Source of the DNA: Octopus sinensis
Lineage: Eukaryota
Length of the DNA stretch: 64,000 nucleotides
Direction: 5' to 3'
Assembly (NCBI RefSeq): GCF_006345805.1
Contig: NC_043020.1
Location: forward strand, 13,454,001 to 13,518,000
The notes under the pieces were generated by a model. It searched no databases and was not told the DNA's origin. It saw nothing but the letters and a program-made list of their open reading frames with translations. Shown here in pieces: positions 25,183 through 35,920 of this stretch. The position numbers and the translations under genes were made by a program. Numbering within the stretch: the stretch's first letter is position 1; each line of letters starts with the position of its first letter.

Positions 25183-25464
25183 TTAATAAGTCAAATTTCT
25201 GTCAAGTAAATCCACTCACAAGGCATTGGTCAGCTCAGGACTGTAGTAGAAAACACATGCTCTTGTGCCATACAATGGGACTGAACCTGAAACCATGTAG
25301 TTTGCAAAGCGAGTTCAACTTTGCCAGCTAATATATAAAGAAGTCAATACATGTACCAGCTTGATATATGCCTCTCTAGTTTCTAGCTAACCTGTTTTTT
25401 GTTATAGATCGATCAACAGTGCTGACCTATTGAAATATAGTGGTCATTAAGCTTTTTTCCGGAC

Positions 25465-25901
25465 AATGGATTGACCTTATCGATCCAATTGAATGGATTC
25501 TCTTGGAGCCAATATCTTACACACCATCTGCTGGCATATCTCAACTACAATGTTTGTGTGTGTGTGTGGAGTGTGTGTGTGTGTGTGTTGTGTGAGTGTG
25601 TGTGAGTGTGTGTGTGTGTGGTGTGTGTGAGTGTGTGTGTGTGTGTAATGGATTGACCTTATCGATCCAATTGAATGGATTCTCTTGGAGCCAACATCTT
25701 ACACACCATCTGCTGACATATCTCAACTACAATGTTTGTGTGTGTGTGTGTGAGTGTGTGTGAGTGTGTGTGTGTGTGAGTGTGTGTGTGTGTGTGTGAG
25801 TGTGTGTGTGTGTGTAATGGATTGACCTTATCGATCCAATTGAATGGATTCTCTTGGAGCCAACATCTTACACACCATCTGCTGGCATATCTCAACTACA
25901 A

Positions 25902-25937
<36 letters not shown>

Positions 25938-26060
25938 AGTGTGTGTGTGTGTGGTGTGTAATGGATTGACCTTATCGATCCAATTGAATGGATTCTCTTG
26001 GAGCCAACATCTTACACACACATCTCAACCACAATGTTTGTGTGTGTGTGTGTGTGTGTG
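25465..26060. repeat. 4-unit minisatellite (~150-180 bp) with variable (GT)n
   Basis: aatggattgaccttatcgatccaattgaatggattctcttggagcc starts at about 25466, 25647, 25816 and 25960. Confidence 0.93.
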
Positions 26061-26220
26061 TACATGAAATCATTGCTTCCTGATAATTGATCGCTTGATA
26101 ATTAAAACTCATGATAATTGAATTTTGGGAAACCACTAATAAACCAACGTTACACTGAACGGTTAAACTAATCTCAGAACACTTATACACACACACACAC
26201 ACATATATAATAACAAAAGA

Positions 26221-26549
26221 GGCTATACACAATATAAAACCAAAAAGGAACAATTCAGTAGTTACTCATTGTAACTGTGGGTGCCAGGTAGCACCTATAT
26301 TGCTAGAAATAAGAGTTAGAAACCTTTACAGCTGCAAGAAAGCACATTTTCATATTCTGACAGGGGAGGTAACTGCCCCACAGCAAAGCTAAATCATTAT
26401 ACTAGACTAGTTTTTCTTGAAAATGTACTTTCATGTGGCTCTAAGGGTTTTAAACTCTTATTTCTAGCAATATAGGTGCTACCTGATACCTTCAGTCACA
26501 ATTAATAACAATTGAATTTTTCCTTTTTGGTTTTATATTGCATATAGCC
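26221..26549. mobile_element. foldback MITE with ~110-bp arms (PIF/Harbinger-like?)
   Basis: ggctatacacaatataaaaccaaaaagg...caggtagcacctatattgctagaaataagagtt matches its reverse complement at the right end; right flank acctta. Confidence 0.75.
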
Positions 26550-26621
26550 ACCTTAATTATTTTATAATTATCTCATTAGCATTTTGATAACTCAACCATA
26601 AATTCAAATGGTAAATATATA

Positions 26622-27235
26622 CAAGATCTGATCAATAGTATCCGGACTGTTGCCATAGTAACAAAGCTAAAACACACAGAGTGAAGCTTTTTGACAAATA
26701 TTGACCTTGAGCTCTACTGTGCATGTGAACTAAGTTTTAACATTGTAGCTCACTTCTGCTGTTTACAGCAGTGCTTGGAAGGAAGGTGTGTAGCATGTGA
26801 TCATTGCATTGATCATAACAGAAAAAGTTGTCATGGTGATATGTGCTCAGAGGCCTACGCAAAGTTGCAGAAAGTGTATGGAGACAAGTGAATGAGCTGC
26901 ACACAAGTGTACGAGTGGTCAAACGTTTTTAAGATGGCTGAAAAAAATGTTGATATTGACAAATGTTCTGGGAGACCCGCAACCACCAGAACTGAGAAAA
27001 CCTCACAGATGTGCATGGAGCTGTGAGGGGAGATCATTGAATCACCATCTGTGAGTTATCAGAGGATGTGTAGATTAGCTACAGTTCAGTTCAGTCCATT
27101 ATCACTGAAGATTTGGGTACGAGACACGTGTCTGCCAAGCTTGTGCCAAAATTGTTTTCATCTGAACAAGGAGACACTCGAGTTTCAGTTGTACAAGAAC
27201 TCCTTGATGGAAACTTTTTGAAAACTTTCGATGCA
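26622..27235 (+). mobile_element. mariner left end plus decayed transposase N-terminus
   Basis: TA|caagatctgatcaatagtatccggact TIR; EAYAKLQKVYGD..QVYEW..SGRP..TICELSEDV..IITEDLGTRHVSAKLVPKLF (HTH and WVP-like motif) with stops and frameshifts. Confidence 0.88.
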
Positions 27236-27236
27236 A

Positions 27237-27390
27237 AGCGCATTGTGACCAGCGATGTGTAACAAAATCTGATAGTCTGGATAGCGCATTGTGACCAGCG
27301 ATGTGTAACAAAATCCGATAGTCTGGATAGTGCATTGTGACCAGCGATGTGTAACAAAATCCGATAATCTGGTCAGTCACATGATCACAT
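27237..27390 (+). repeat. three tandem ~47-bp copies of the SINE-E tail
   Basis: gcgcattgtgaccagcgatgtgtaacaaaatc(t/c)gata repeated three times; matches the E tail. Confidence 0.85.
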
Positions 27391-27419
27391 GACAACCCAG
27401 CAGTTGTATGAACCAATAA

Positions 27420-27700
27420 TGATATGAACACCCATGTAGTCACCTGCTAGAAATAATAGTTAAATATCCCTCAAGTCACATACTTATAGAACACAGAATA
27501 ATATAGTCCAAGATACATTTGTCTGAATGATGTGAACACCTATGTAGTTATCTGCTAAAAATAACAGTTAAATCTCCCTCACCACATACTTGTAGAACAC
27601 AGTAATGTAGTCCAAGATGCACTTGTCTGAATGATATGAACACCTGTGTAGTGTTCATACCTGCTAGAAGTAACAAATCTCCCCCAAGTCAAAGCTCTAT
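27420..27700. repeat. ~110-bp degenerate tandem repeat (2.5 units)
   Basis: gat(a/g)tgaacacc recurs at about 27421, 27530 and 27632. Confidence 0.75.
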
Positions 27701-27780
27701 TCTGTAATGACTGAGATGTTTTTGATCACAGGTCTGATCATTACAGATTAAACCTAGGGTTAAAGTACATTAATCTAACC

Positions 27781-27980
27781 CAGTGCTTTTCAAATTTTTG
27801 CTGGAGCAGAACCCCAAGGAAACATTCCACTGGCTCGAGGAACCCCTGTGCAATAATTTAATAGTCTTATGCACACATATCTGCACAGGAGAATTAAAAA
27901 TTACTGCCGATTTTAGCAGTTTTGTAACTTCTTGCGGAACCCCTGGACTGCACTGGCGGAACCCTGGTTGAAAACCACTG
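27781..27980. mobile_element. hAT MITE with a duplicated right end (second right end finishes at 28068)
   Basis: TIR cagtgcttttcaa / ttgaaaaccactg; TSD atctaacc / atctagcc. Confidence 0.85.
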
Positions 27981-28304
27981 ATCTAGCCAATAGCATTCCA
28001 GTATCGGAACCCCTGGACTGTACTGGCGGAACCCTAAGGTTCCGCGGAACCCTGGTTGAAAACCACTGATCTAGCCAATAGCATTCCAGTATAACAAAAC
28101 TCTAACACATTGTGATGTATATTTGCCATTTAAATATGGCTAACCCCTAACACCTTTAGCTGCTAAGTTTCTTTGTAATAAAAGATACAAAGACAATCTG
28201 AAAATATAAAATCTATTTTTTTTTATAATCAAGGAATTGGTAAAAATCCTTTGAAAAAAAAAAGAAAAGAAAAAGTGAATAACTAAAAAAATATACAACA
28301 TATA

Positions 28305-28680
28305 GGTGCAGGAGTGGCTGTGTGGTAAGTAGCTTGCTAACCAACCACATGGTTCCGGGTTCAGTCCCACTGCGTGACATCTTGGGCAAGTGTCTTCTAC
28401 TATAGCCTCAGGCCGACCAAAGCCTTGTGAGTGGATTTGGTAGACGGAAACTGAAAGAAGCCTGTCGTATATATGTTTGTGTGTCTGTGTTTGTCCCCCT
28501 AGCATTGCTTGACAACCGATGCTGGTGTGTTTACGTCCCCGTCACTTAGCGGTTCGGCAAAAAGAGACCGATAGAATAAGTACTGGGCTTACAAAGAATA
28601 AGTCCCGGGGTCGATTTGCTCGACTAAAGGCAGTGCTCCAGCATTGCTGCAGTCAAATGACTGAAACAAGTAAAAGAGTA
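28305..28680 (+). mobile_element. SINE family A flanked by ~190-bp direct repeats
   Basis: Consensus match; 28070-28300 is similar to 28679-28865. Confidence 0.9.
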
Positions 28681-29993
28681 GCCAATAGCATTCCAGTATA
28701 ACAAAACCCTAACACCTTTAGCCTTATGGCTGCTAAGTTTCTTCGTAATAAAAGACGCAAAGACAATCTGAAAATATAAAATCTATTTTTTTATAAGCAA
28801 GGAATTGGTAAAAATCCTTTAAAAAAAAAAGGAAAAAAAGTGAATAACTAAAAAAATATACAACAATAAAAAAAAATCCTCCATAGATAATAAGCATACA
28901 ATAAGAATAAATATATATAAAGATCTCACTTCTGTTGACTATGGAAGGACATATTCCTAATAGAGAGACAGAGACAGCTAGAGGAAGAAGGAAGAAACTG
29001 AAGAATGACAAGGCGGAAGGGGGGGAAGAGGGGTGGTGGGAGGGGGACGGGGGGTGTAGTCGATGCTATTATCTGGGTTGTATCAGGAATGGGAAAAAAA
29101 CATGAAGAACATGGAAAGTCTATGTAAGAGATTAGCTTCTTTTGCTTTCTACACAGCTACAACTGTTATGTTAAATGATGGGTGAACATAGCACACAAGA
29201 AGGGGGGACACCCTCCCCCCCGTCCACCTCGCCCCCCAAACACCAACCGACCCTACTCCTGCCCCCAGCACCAGTGACACATGTAACAAGAGGAGGCTAC
29301 AGCTGTCAAACATTGCTTCTAGAAGAAGAAGCTAATAATAATAATAATAATAATAATAATGGTAATAATGGAATTGAAGAAAAGAATTTTTTTTTTTTTT
29401 TTTTCACCCATTTTTCTCCCCTCCCTTTTTTTAATGAGTAAACCAGAAGAAATGGCAGAAAGTTGAATGGAAATTAATGGCTAAAATCTTTGAAAGAGAA
29501 CTTCTTTCCTTTGACATCAATTCTTTAAAGATTTTTGACCTGGTTACAATGAACTTGTAGATTGGAAGGAGAGAGGTCGGGGTGGAGGAGAGAAATAATG
29601 ATCCAAGGATAGATGTGCCCCCCCCCCGAAGTTGATGGTGGGGGGGGTTACAACTGACCAAGGTGCTGAAAGTTGGACATTCTCTTAGGCTTGTACTTAA
29701 TATCGGTAATCAGCAAGGGCCTGTGTAGTTGAGGTGCAACAGCGATTTGCACATGGCCATATTGTGTTCTTTGAGTGGTTGGTAGGAGTACAGTGTTACA
29801 ACAGAGTTGGGTTGTACAGTTCTATATTTAAGAAATGGGGAATTATGTATGTCATTTACATTGTTTACAATTGATGGATATTTGTCCTCATCTTGTTTGT
29901 CGTCAACACGTTTTGGCTGATATACCCGTCCACCCAGCCTTCATCAGGTGTCTTGGGGAAATTTCGAATCTGGTTTCTCATTCCTAAGGTATA

Positions 29994-30058
29994 TGGCATA
30001 GTGGTTAAGAGCGCAGTCTACTAGCCCCAAGATTCTAAGTTCAATTCCAGGCAGTGAC
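29994..30058 (+). promoter_or_regulatory. tRNA-derived (Thr-like) segment with Pol III A and B boxes
   Basis: A box tggcatagtgg (29994-30004); B box agttcaattcc (30038-30048, 2 mismatches to GGTTCGANTCC). No acceptor stem, so not a tRNA gene. Confidence 0.7.
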
Positions 30059-30130
30059 CTGAATAATAATAATAACAACAACATCAAAATATACCTTAGG
30101 AATGAGAACTCAGGTTCAAAATTTCCCCAA

Positions 30131-30176
30131 GACACCTGATGAAGGCTGGAGGGTATATCAGCCGAAACGTTGTGTC
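30131..30176 (+). ncRNA. minimal type I hammerhead ribozyme (Penelope-type variant)
   Basis: Stem I gacac/gtgtc; core CUGAUGA plus one extra A; stem II ggctg/cagcc; GAAA; loop-less palindromic stem III aac|gtt; predicted cleavage after GUU at 30171. Confidence 0.8.
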
Positions 30177-30256
30177 AACAACAAACAAAATGAGGACAAA
30201 TATCCGTCAATTCTAAATAATGTAAATAAGAGTTGGATGATGATTATTATTATTAT

Positions 30257-30915
30257 TCAGTAGTTTTATTTTTATATCGTGCTTTCACTTCACTACCAAG
30301 CGCAGCTCTGTGTGCCTTGGGTATGTGCTGTGATTTGTTGTGATGCTCTGATGGTTATTGTATGGAAAGTGTTCTGTGCAGTGCCTAGTAGTGCAATTAT
30401 CTGTATGTTATATGTGTTTGTAAGTCCTGGTGTTTTTCTTATGTATTTGTTTGAATATTTTTTTATCATACCTAATGCACCTACTATGATAGGAATTGTT
30501 TCTGTTTATAGATTCCACATTCTGGTTACCTCTATTTCCAGGTCTTTGTATTTTGAAAGTTTCTCCATTTCTTTTAGAGAAACGTTGTCATCTGCTGATA
30601 TTGATACATCAATTAGAAAGCATTTTTTTTCTTCATGATCTCTGACAACTATATCTGACCTATTGGCCTTGATTTCTCTATCTGTGTGTATTGGCATATC
30701 CCAGAGTATGGTTGCTTTCTCATTTTCTGTGACCTTTTCTGGCGTGTGCCTATACCATCTTTTTTCTGTTGTTATTCCATAGTGTTGGCATAACTTCCAG
30801 TGTACATAGGTCCCAACTCTGTCGTCTCTGTGAATGTATTCCTTCTTAGCCAGGACTGGGCAGCCAGAGATAATATGATTTATTGTTTCTTGTCCATCTC
30901 CACATATTCTGCAGT
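30257..30915 (-). mobile_element. 5'-truncated R4/Dong-clade LINE: CCHC zinc knuckle, REL endonuclease and 3'UTR
   Basis: CRICGDGQETINHIISGC...LWDMPIHTDREIKANRSDIVVRDHEEKKCFLIDVSI...KYKDLEIEVTRMWNL*TETIPIIVGALG; (TAA)n at both ends (30242-30256, about 30918-30938). Confidence 0.92.
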
Positions 30916-31129
30916 ATGATTATTATTATTATTATTATTTGGGGGTCAACTACTAGTGCCACATGCTTGTTCCTCGTGTGACCCCTCTTGTGCTTTTCAA
31001 CAAATGCACAGGTTACTTTCAAGGATACCTTTTTTTTTTACTGAGTATCCAAGGCTTTTGGCATGCAAAGCTGAGTGGACTTCTCTCTTCTGTGTGTGTG
31101 TGTGTTTGTCATTCTCACCCCCTGTTCCT

Positions 31130-32110
31130 TTCCTTTCTCTCCTTTCTTGCCATTATCTCTCTCTACTTACCTACCACCTCTCTCTCTCTCTCTCCACCTC
31201 CTCCTCTACCTCTTCCCTTTCCCTCACCCCTTCTCTCACCGGCTTTTCACTCCCCCTCTTGTCTCTCCCTGTTCCCTCCCCCCGCTTCCAATTCCCCCCC
31301 TTCTGCTCTGCCTCCCGTCTCTCTCTCTCTCTCTCTTCCTCCTCCTTCCTCTCCTTTCTTCTACCTCTTCCCTTTCCCTCATCCCTTCACTTCTTTCCAC
31401 TATTCTTGTCTCTTCCCCTGTTCCCTCCTCCCGTCCCTCCCTCCCTTCCCTCCCCCCACTTCCAATTTCCCCCTCCCCCTCTTCTGCTCTGCCTCCCGTC
31501 TCTCTCTCTCTCTCTCACTCTTCCTCCTCCTTCTCTACCTCTTCCCTTGCCCTCATCCCTTCTCTCACTGTCTTTCCACTCCCCCTCTTATCTCTCCCTG
31601 TTCCCTCCCCCCACTTCCAATTTCCCCCCTCTCTCTGCTCTACTCCCGTTTCTCTCCTCTCTCTTCCTCTCCTTCTTCTCTACCTCTTCCCTTTCCCTCA
31701 TCCCTTCTCCCTATCCTTCCACTCTTTCCCCTTCTTGTCTCTCCCTGTTCCCTCCCCCCACTTCCAATTTCCCCTCTCTGCTCTGCCTCCCGTCTCTCTC
31801 TCTCTCTCTCTTCCTCCTCCTTCTCTACCTCTTCCCTTGCCCTCATCCCTTCTCTCACTATCTTTCCACTCCCCTCTTGGCTCTCTGTCTCTCCTGTGTC
31901 CCTCCCCCCACTTCCAATTTCCCCCTCTTCTGCTCTGCCTCCCGTCTCTCTCTCTCTTCCTCCTCCTTCTCTACCTCTTCCCTTTCCCTCACCCCTTCTC
32001 TCACTGTCTTTCCACTCCCCCTCTTGTCTCTCCCTGTTCCCTCCCCCCACTTCCAATTTCCCCCCCTCTTCTGCTCTGCCTCCCTTCTCTCTCTCTCTCT
32101 CTCCCCTCTA
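31130..32110. repeat. polypyrimidine minisatellite, ~120-140-bp unit, about 7-8 copies
   Basis: Recurring cccacttccaatttcccc and ctctgcctcccgtctctc; source of the Pro/Ser/Leu ORFs. Confidence 0.93.
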
Positions 32111-32319
32111 CCCCCTATACTTTATTGGAAACCTTACTTCCATTGTGTTGTGTACTTAAAAAGGCCAGAGGCAAGAAGGCCGTCCTTGTCCTCCATCAAC
32201 CACCACCTTATCATTCACTGCCATCTCTGTTGCCTGTTTAATGCCAACATCCAGAAAAATCCATTTCTGAATCTCTTTAAACCCTCACCTCCTCCGCCTC
32301 CCACTACTAACAGCACCAC

Positions 32320-33450
32320 TATTACAGTCACTACCACTACCACTACTACTAACATGGCTAACACCACCATTACTAAGACCTCTACTACCATCACTGCTAT
32401 TACTACCACCACCACTTTCACCTCCACCAGCACCACAACTACTACTACCACCACCACCACTACTAAGACCTCTACTACCATCACTGCTATTACTACCACC
32501 ACTACTTTCACCTCCACCAGCACCACAACTACTACTACCACCACCACCACCACTACTAAATCCTCTACTACCATCACTGCTATTACTACTACCACCACCA
32601 CCACTTTCACCTCCACCAGCACACAACTACTACTACCACCACCCCACCACTACTAAATCCTCTACTACCATCACTGCTATTACTACCACCACCAACTTTC
32701 ACCTCCACCAGCACCACACCTACTACTAACCAACCACCACCACTACTAAGACCTCTACTACTACCATTACTCCTATTACAACCACCACCACTTTCACCTC
32801 CACCAGCACCACCAACTACTACTAACTACCAACCCACCACCATACTAAATCCTCTACTACCATCACTGCTATCTACCACCACCACTTTCACCTCCACCAG
32901 CACCACAACTACTACTACCACCACCACCACTACTAAATCCTCTACTACCATCACTGCTATTACTACCACCACCACTTTCACCTCCACCAGCACCACAACT
33001 ACTACTACCACCACCACCACTACTAAATCCTCTACTACCATCACTGCTATTACTACCACCACCACTTTCACCACTACCTCTACTAAAAACCTCTACTACT
33101 ATCACTACCACCACCAACACTACTTTCACCTCTTCCACTACTAACACCACCGCTACTGAGACCTCTACTACCATTACTCCTATTACAACCACCACTACTT
33201 TCACCTCCACCAGCACCACAACTACTACTACCACCACCACCACTACTAACATGTTTAACACCACCACTACTAAAACCTCTACTACCTTCACTGCTATTAC
33301 TACCACCACCACCACCACTACTTTCACCTCCGCTACTAACACATCTAACACCACCGCTACTAAAACCTCTACTACCACCACCACCACCACTACTACAACC
33401 ACCACCACCACCACTACCACCACCATCGCCACTACTACAACTACTACCAC
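32320..33450. repeat. ACC/ACT-based minisatellite (~87-bp unit), Thr-rich if translated
   Basis: Recurring actaa(g/a)(a/t)cctctactaccatcactgctattactacc; frame breaks near 32620 and 32810-32870. Confidence 0.9.
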
Positions 33451-33776
33451 TTTATCTATCTCACAATTGCAGAACTGCTTCTGGGCAACAAATTCTTTGA
33501 GGACAGCCAACTAGAGATATGAGGAAAATGACAAAATTCAGTTGAGATAATTCTATAAACTGTCTTTTTATACTTCTTGCTGCTAATTCCTTTAGGAGGC
33601 AAATGGTATTTTCTTCTGTCGGAATGAGATTACTTCAGACAGGACCCAGTTATTAGCAATAATAGAAAGGTACAAATACAGTAAGATTGCTTTTCATGAA
33701 ATTTCTCACAGATAAAACGCTTATGGAGAAATGTTGGTGGGCACAGTGTATGTGTGTGTAAAAGAGGGGGTATTTA

Positions 33777-33807
<31 letters not shown>

Positions 33808-34209
33808 GAGAGTGTATTTGTGTGTACGAGTGTCACACGCACATGCTTATATAAGTGAATGCACATTGGTTACATACAAAGTACCAAAAGCACTCAATAC
33901 CAAGTGTGTAGTTTTTGAGAGCTTAAGAGTTTCAACTTTTGGCTCTCTTACGAAGTTCCAAATTCTAATGAATACTCTCGCATGCTTTCTACCTCCCTCG
34001 CTCATCTCCCTCTCTCCCCATCTCTCTTTCTCTCTATATATATATATACGCCGAAATTGCAAGGATGATCCAGTTCTTGACTGAAGATTAGAGGCTTCGA
34101 ATGACCCATCCGTTTTTTGTGTCGTCTATTTGAGTGTTTTGCGTTCTTGTCCCATTTTGTATTTTTTTTATATATATTTTTTATACATATATATATATAT
34201 ATATATCTA

Positions 34210-34370
34210 TATCATCATCATCATCATCGTTTAACATCCGTTTTCCGTGCTAGCACGGGTTGGACGGTTCGACCGGGGTCTGGGAAGTCAGGGGCTGCAC
34301 CAGGCTCCAGTCTGATCTGGCAGAGTTTCTACAGCTGGATGCTCTTCCTAACGCCAACCACTCCGCGAGT
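34210..34370 (-). mobile_element. RTE-type 3' tail (family D)
   Basis: Consensus match. Confidence 0.87.
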
Positions 34371-34553
34371 GTATATATATATATATATAAAATATTAGAA
34401 AAAATCACCTTTTATCAATTCAAAATGAATAACTAAATTACACCATCTAGAAAATTACATATAATAGAAAAGTTAAAATTAAAGTAACAATTAAAAAGTA
34501 AAGATTAAGTAAATTACAAAACTAATATAATGTATATAATAGGTATAATTATC

Positions 34554-34605
<52 letters not shown>

Positions 34606-34894
34606 ACAATTACTACCACCATCCACAGTTACGTTGAATATATACCACCTCAGACCATGTTCACTCATCTGACCCATGCCGACATTTAAAGCAGGTGTAA
34701 AATGATAATGTTGATCTAATGACAAGGCAGTATTATTCAGTGTTCAACTAATTCTGTGATCCACTTACTCAATTCTCAGGAATATTAATACATCTCCTCT
34801 TAGAACTTACCTTATCCATTATTCCAAGAGCAAGTCAGTTTTTGTGATATCAACATTTAATTTCTGTTTAATCATCATATATGTGTGTGTGTGT

Positions 34895-35278
34895 GGAGGC
34901 GCAATGGCCCAGTGGTTAGGGCAGCGGACTCGCGGTCATAGGATCGCGGTTTCGATTCCCAGACCCGGCGTTGTGAGTGTTTATTGAGCGAAAACACCTA
35001 AAAGCTCAACGAGGCTCTGGCAGGGGATGGTGGTGATCCCTGCTGTACTCTTTCACCACAACTTTCTCTCACTCTTACTTCCTGTTTCTGTTGTACCTGT
35101 ATTTCAAGGGGCCGGCCTTGTCACTTTCTGTGTCACGCTGAATATCCCCGAGAACTACGTTAAGGGTGCGCGTGTCTGTGGGGTGCTCAGCCACTTACAC
35201 GTTAATTTCACGAGCAGGCTGTTCCGTTGATTCGGATCAACCGGAACCCTCATCGTCGTAACCGACGGAGTGCTTCCA
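34895..35278 (+). mobile_element. SINE family C1, full length
   Basis: tRNA-like head ggaggcgcaatggcccagtggttagggcagcgg...gtttcgattccc; tail aaccgacggagtgcttcca. Confidence 0.92.
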
Positions 35279-35688
35279 TCCATGTGTGTGTGTGTGTGTG
35301 TGTCTGTGAATGTGTATGTATCATCATCATCATTTAGTGGCCATTATCCATGCTGGCATAGGTTGGATGGTTTGACCAGGGCTGATAAACTGAGTGGCTG
35401 CGCCAGACCCTAGTCTGATTTGGCATGGTTTCTATGGCTGGATGCCCTTCCTAATGCCAACCACTCCAAGAGTGTAATGGGTGCTTTTACAAGCCACTGG
35501 TATGGGTGTCAGTTTGCATGATACCAATATCTGCCTTGACTATGATTTCGCTTGGCTTGATGGGTCTTCTTCTCTTGCAGAGTATATTGCCAAAGGTCTT
35601 GGTCATTTGTCACTGCCTGCATGAGGCCCAGCGCCTGGAAGGTGCTTTTACACATGCCACCAGCACAGGTGCTATTTACACAACAAAA

Positions 35689-35920
35689 AGGCGGCGAGCT
35701 GGCAGAAACGTTAGCACGCCGGGCGAAATGCGTAGCCGTATTTCATCTGCCGCTATGTTCTGTGTTCAAATTCCGCCGAGGTCGACTTTGCTTTTCATAC
35801 TTTCGGGGTCGATAAATTAAGTACCAGTTACGCACCAGGGTCGATGTAATCGACTTAATCCGTTTGTCTGTCCTTGTATGTCCCTTCTGTGTTTAGCCCC
35901 TTGTGGGTAGTAAAGAAATA
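35689..35920 (+). mobile_element. SINE family B1 inserted in the RTE 3'UTR
   Basis: 13-bp TSD tatttacacaaca (35673-35685, 35921-35933). Confidence 0.93.

Larger units (their letters stand above)
29813..30228 (+). mobile_element. non-autonomous Penelope-like element: inverted pLTR copy, tRNA-like segment, (AAT)n, then pLTR with hammerhead
   Basis: 29853-29993 is the reverse complement of 30090-30228; the inverted arm has an extra ~40-nt tail; agagttgg occurs on both flanks. Confidence 0.8.

Noticed and set aside
25465-26060. CRISPR-like pattern of conserved repeats with variable spacers
   Set aside because: The repeats are ~90 bp, the spacers are GT microsatellite, the context is eukaryotic and there are no cas genes.
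29900-29952. Active minus-strand hammerhead in the inverted arm
   Set aside because: GAAA is changed to AAAA and the cleavage-site/stem I region is altered.
29994-30058. Functional tRNA gene
   Set aside because: The 5' acceptor strand is lost at the inversion junction and the stems are disrupted. The SINE heads elsewhere are likewise tRNA-derived, not tRNA genes.
33895-33960. Hammerhead-like gagagc/gctctc hairpin on the minus strand
   Set aside because: No CUGANGA core and no GAAA at the correct position.
34040-34190. ctgaaga...cgaat motif as a hammerhead or Penelope end
   Set aside because: No convincing stems I-III can be formed.
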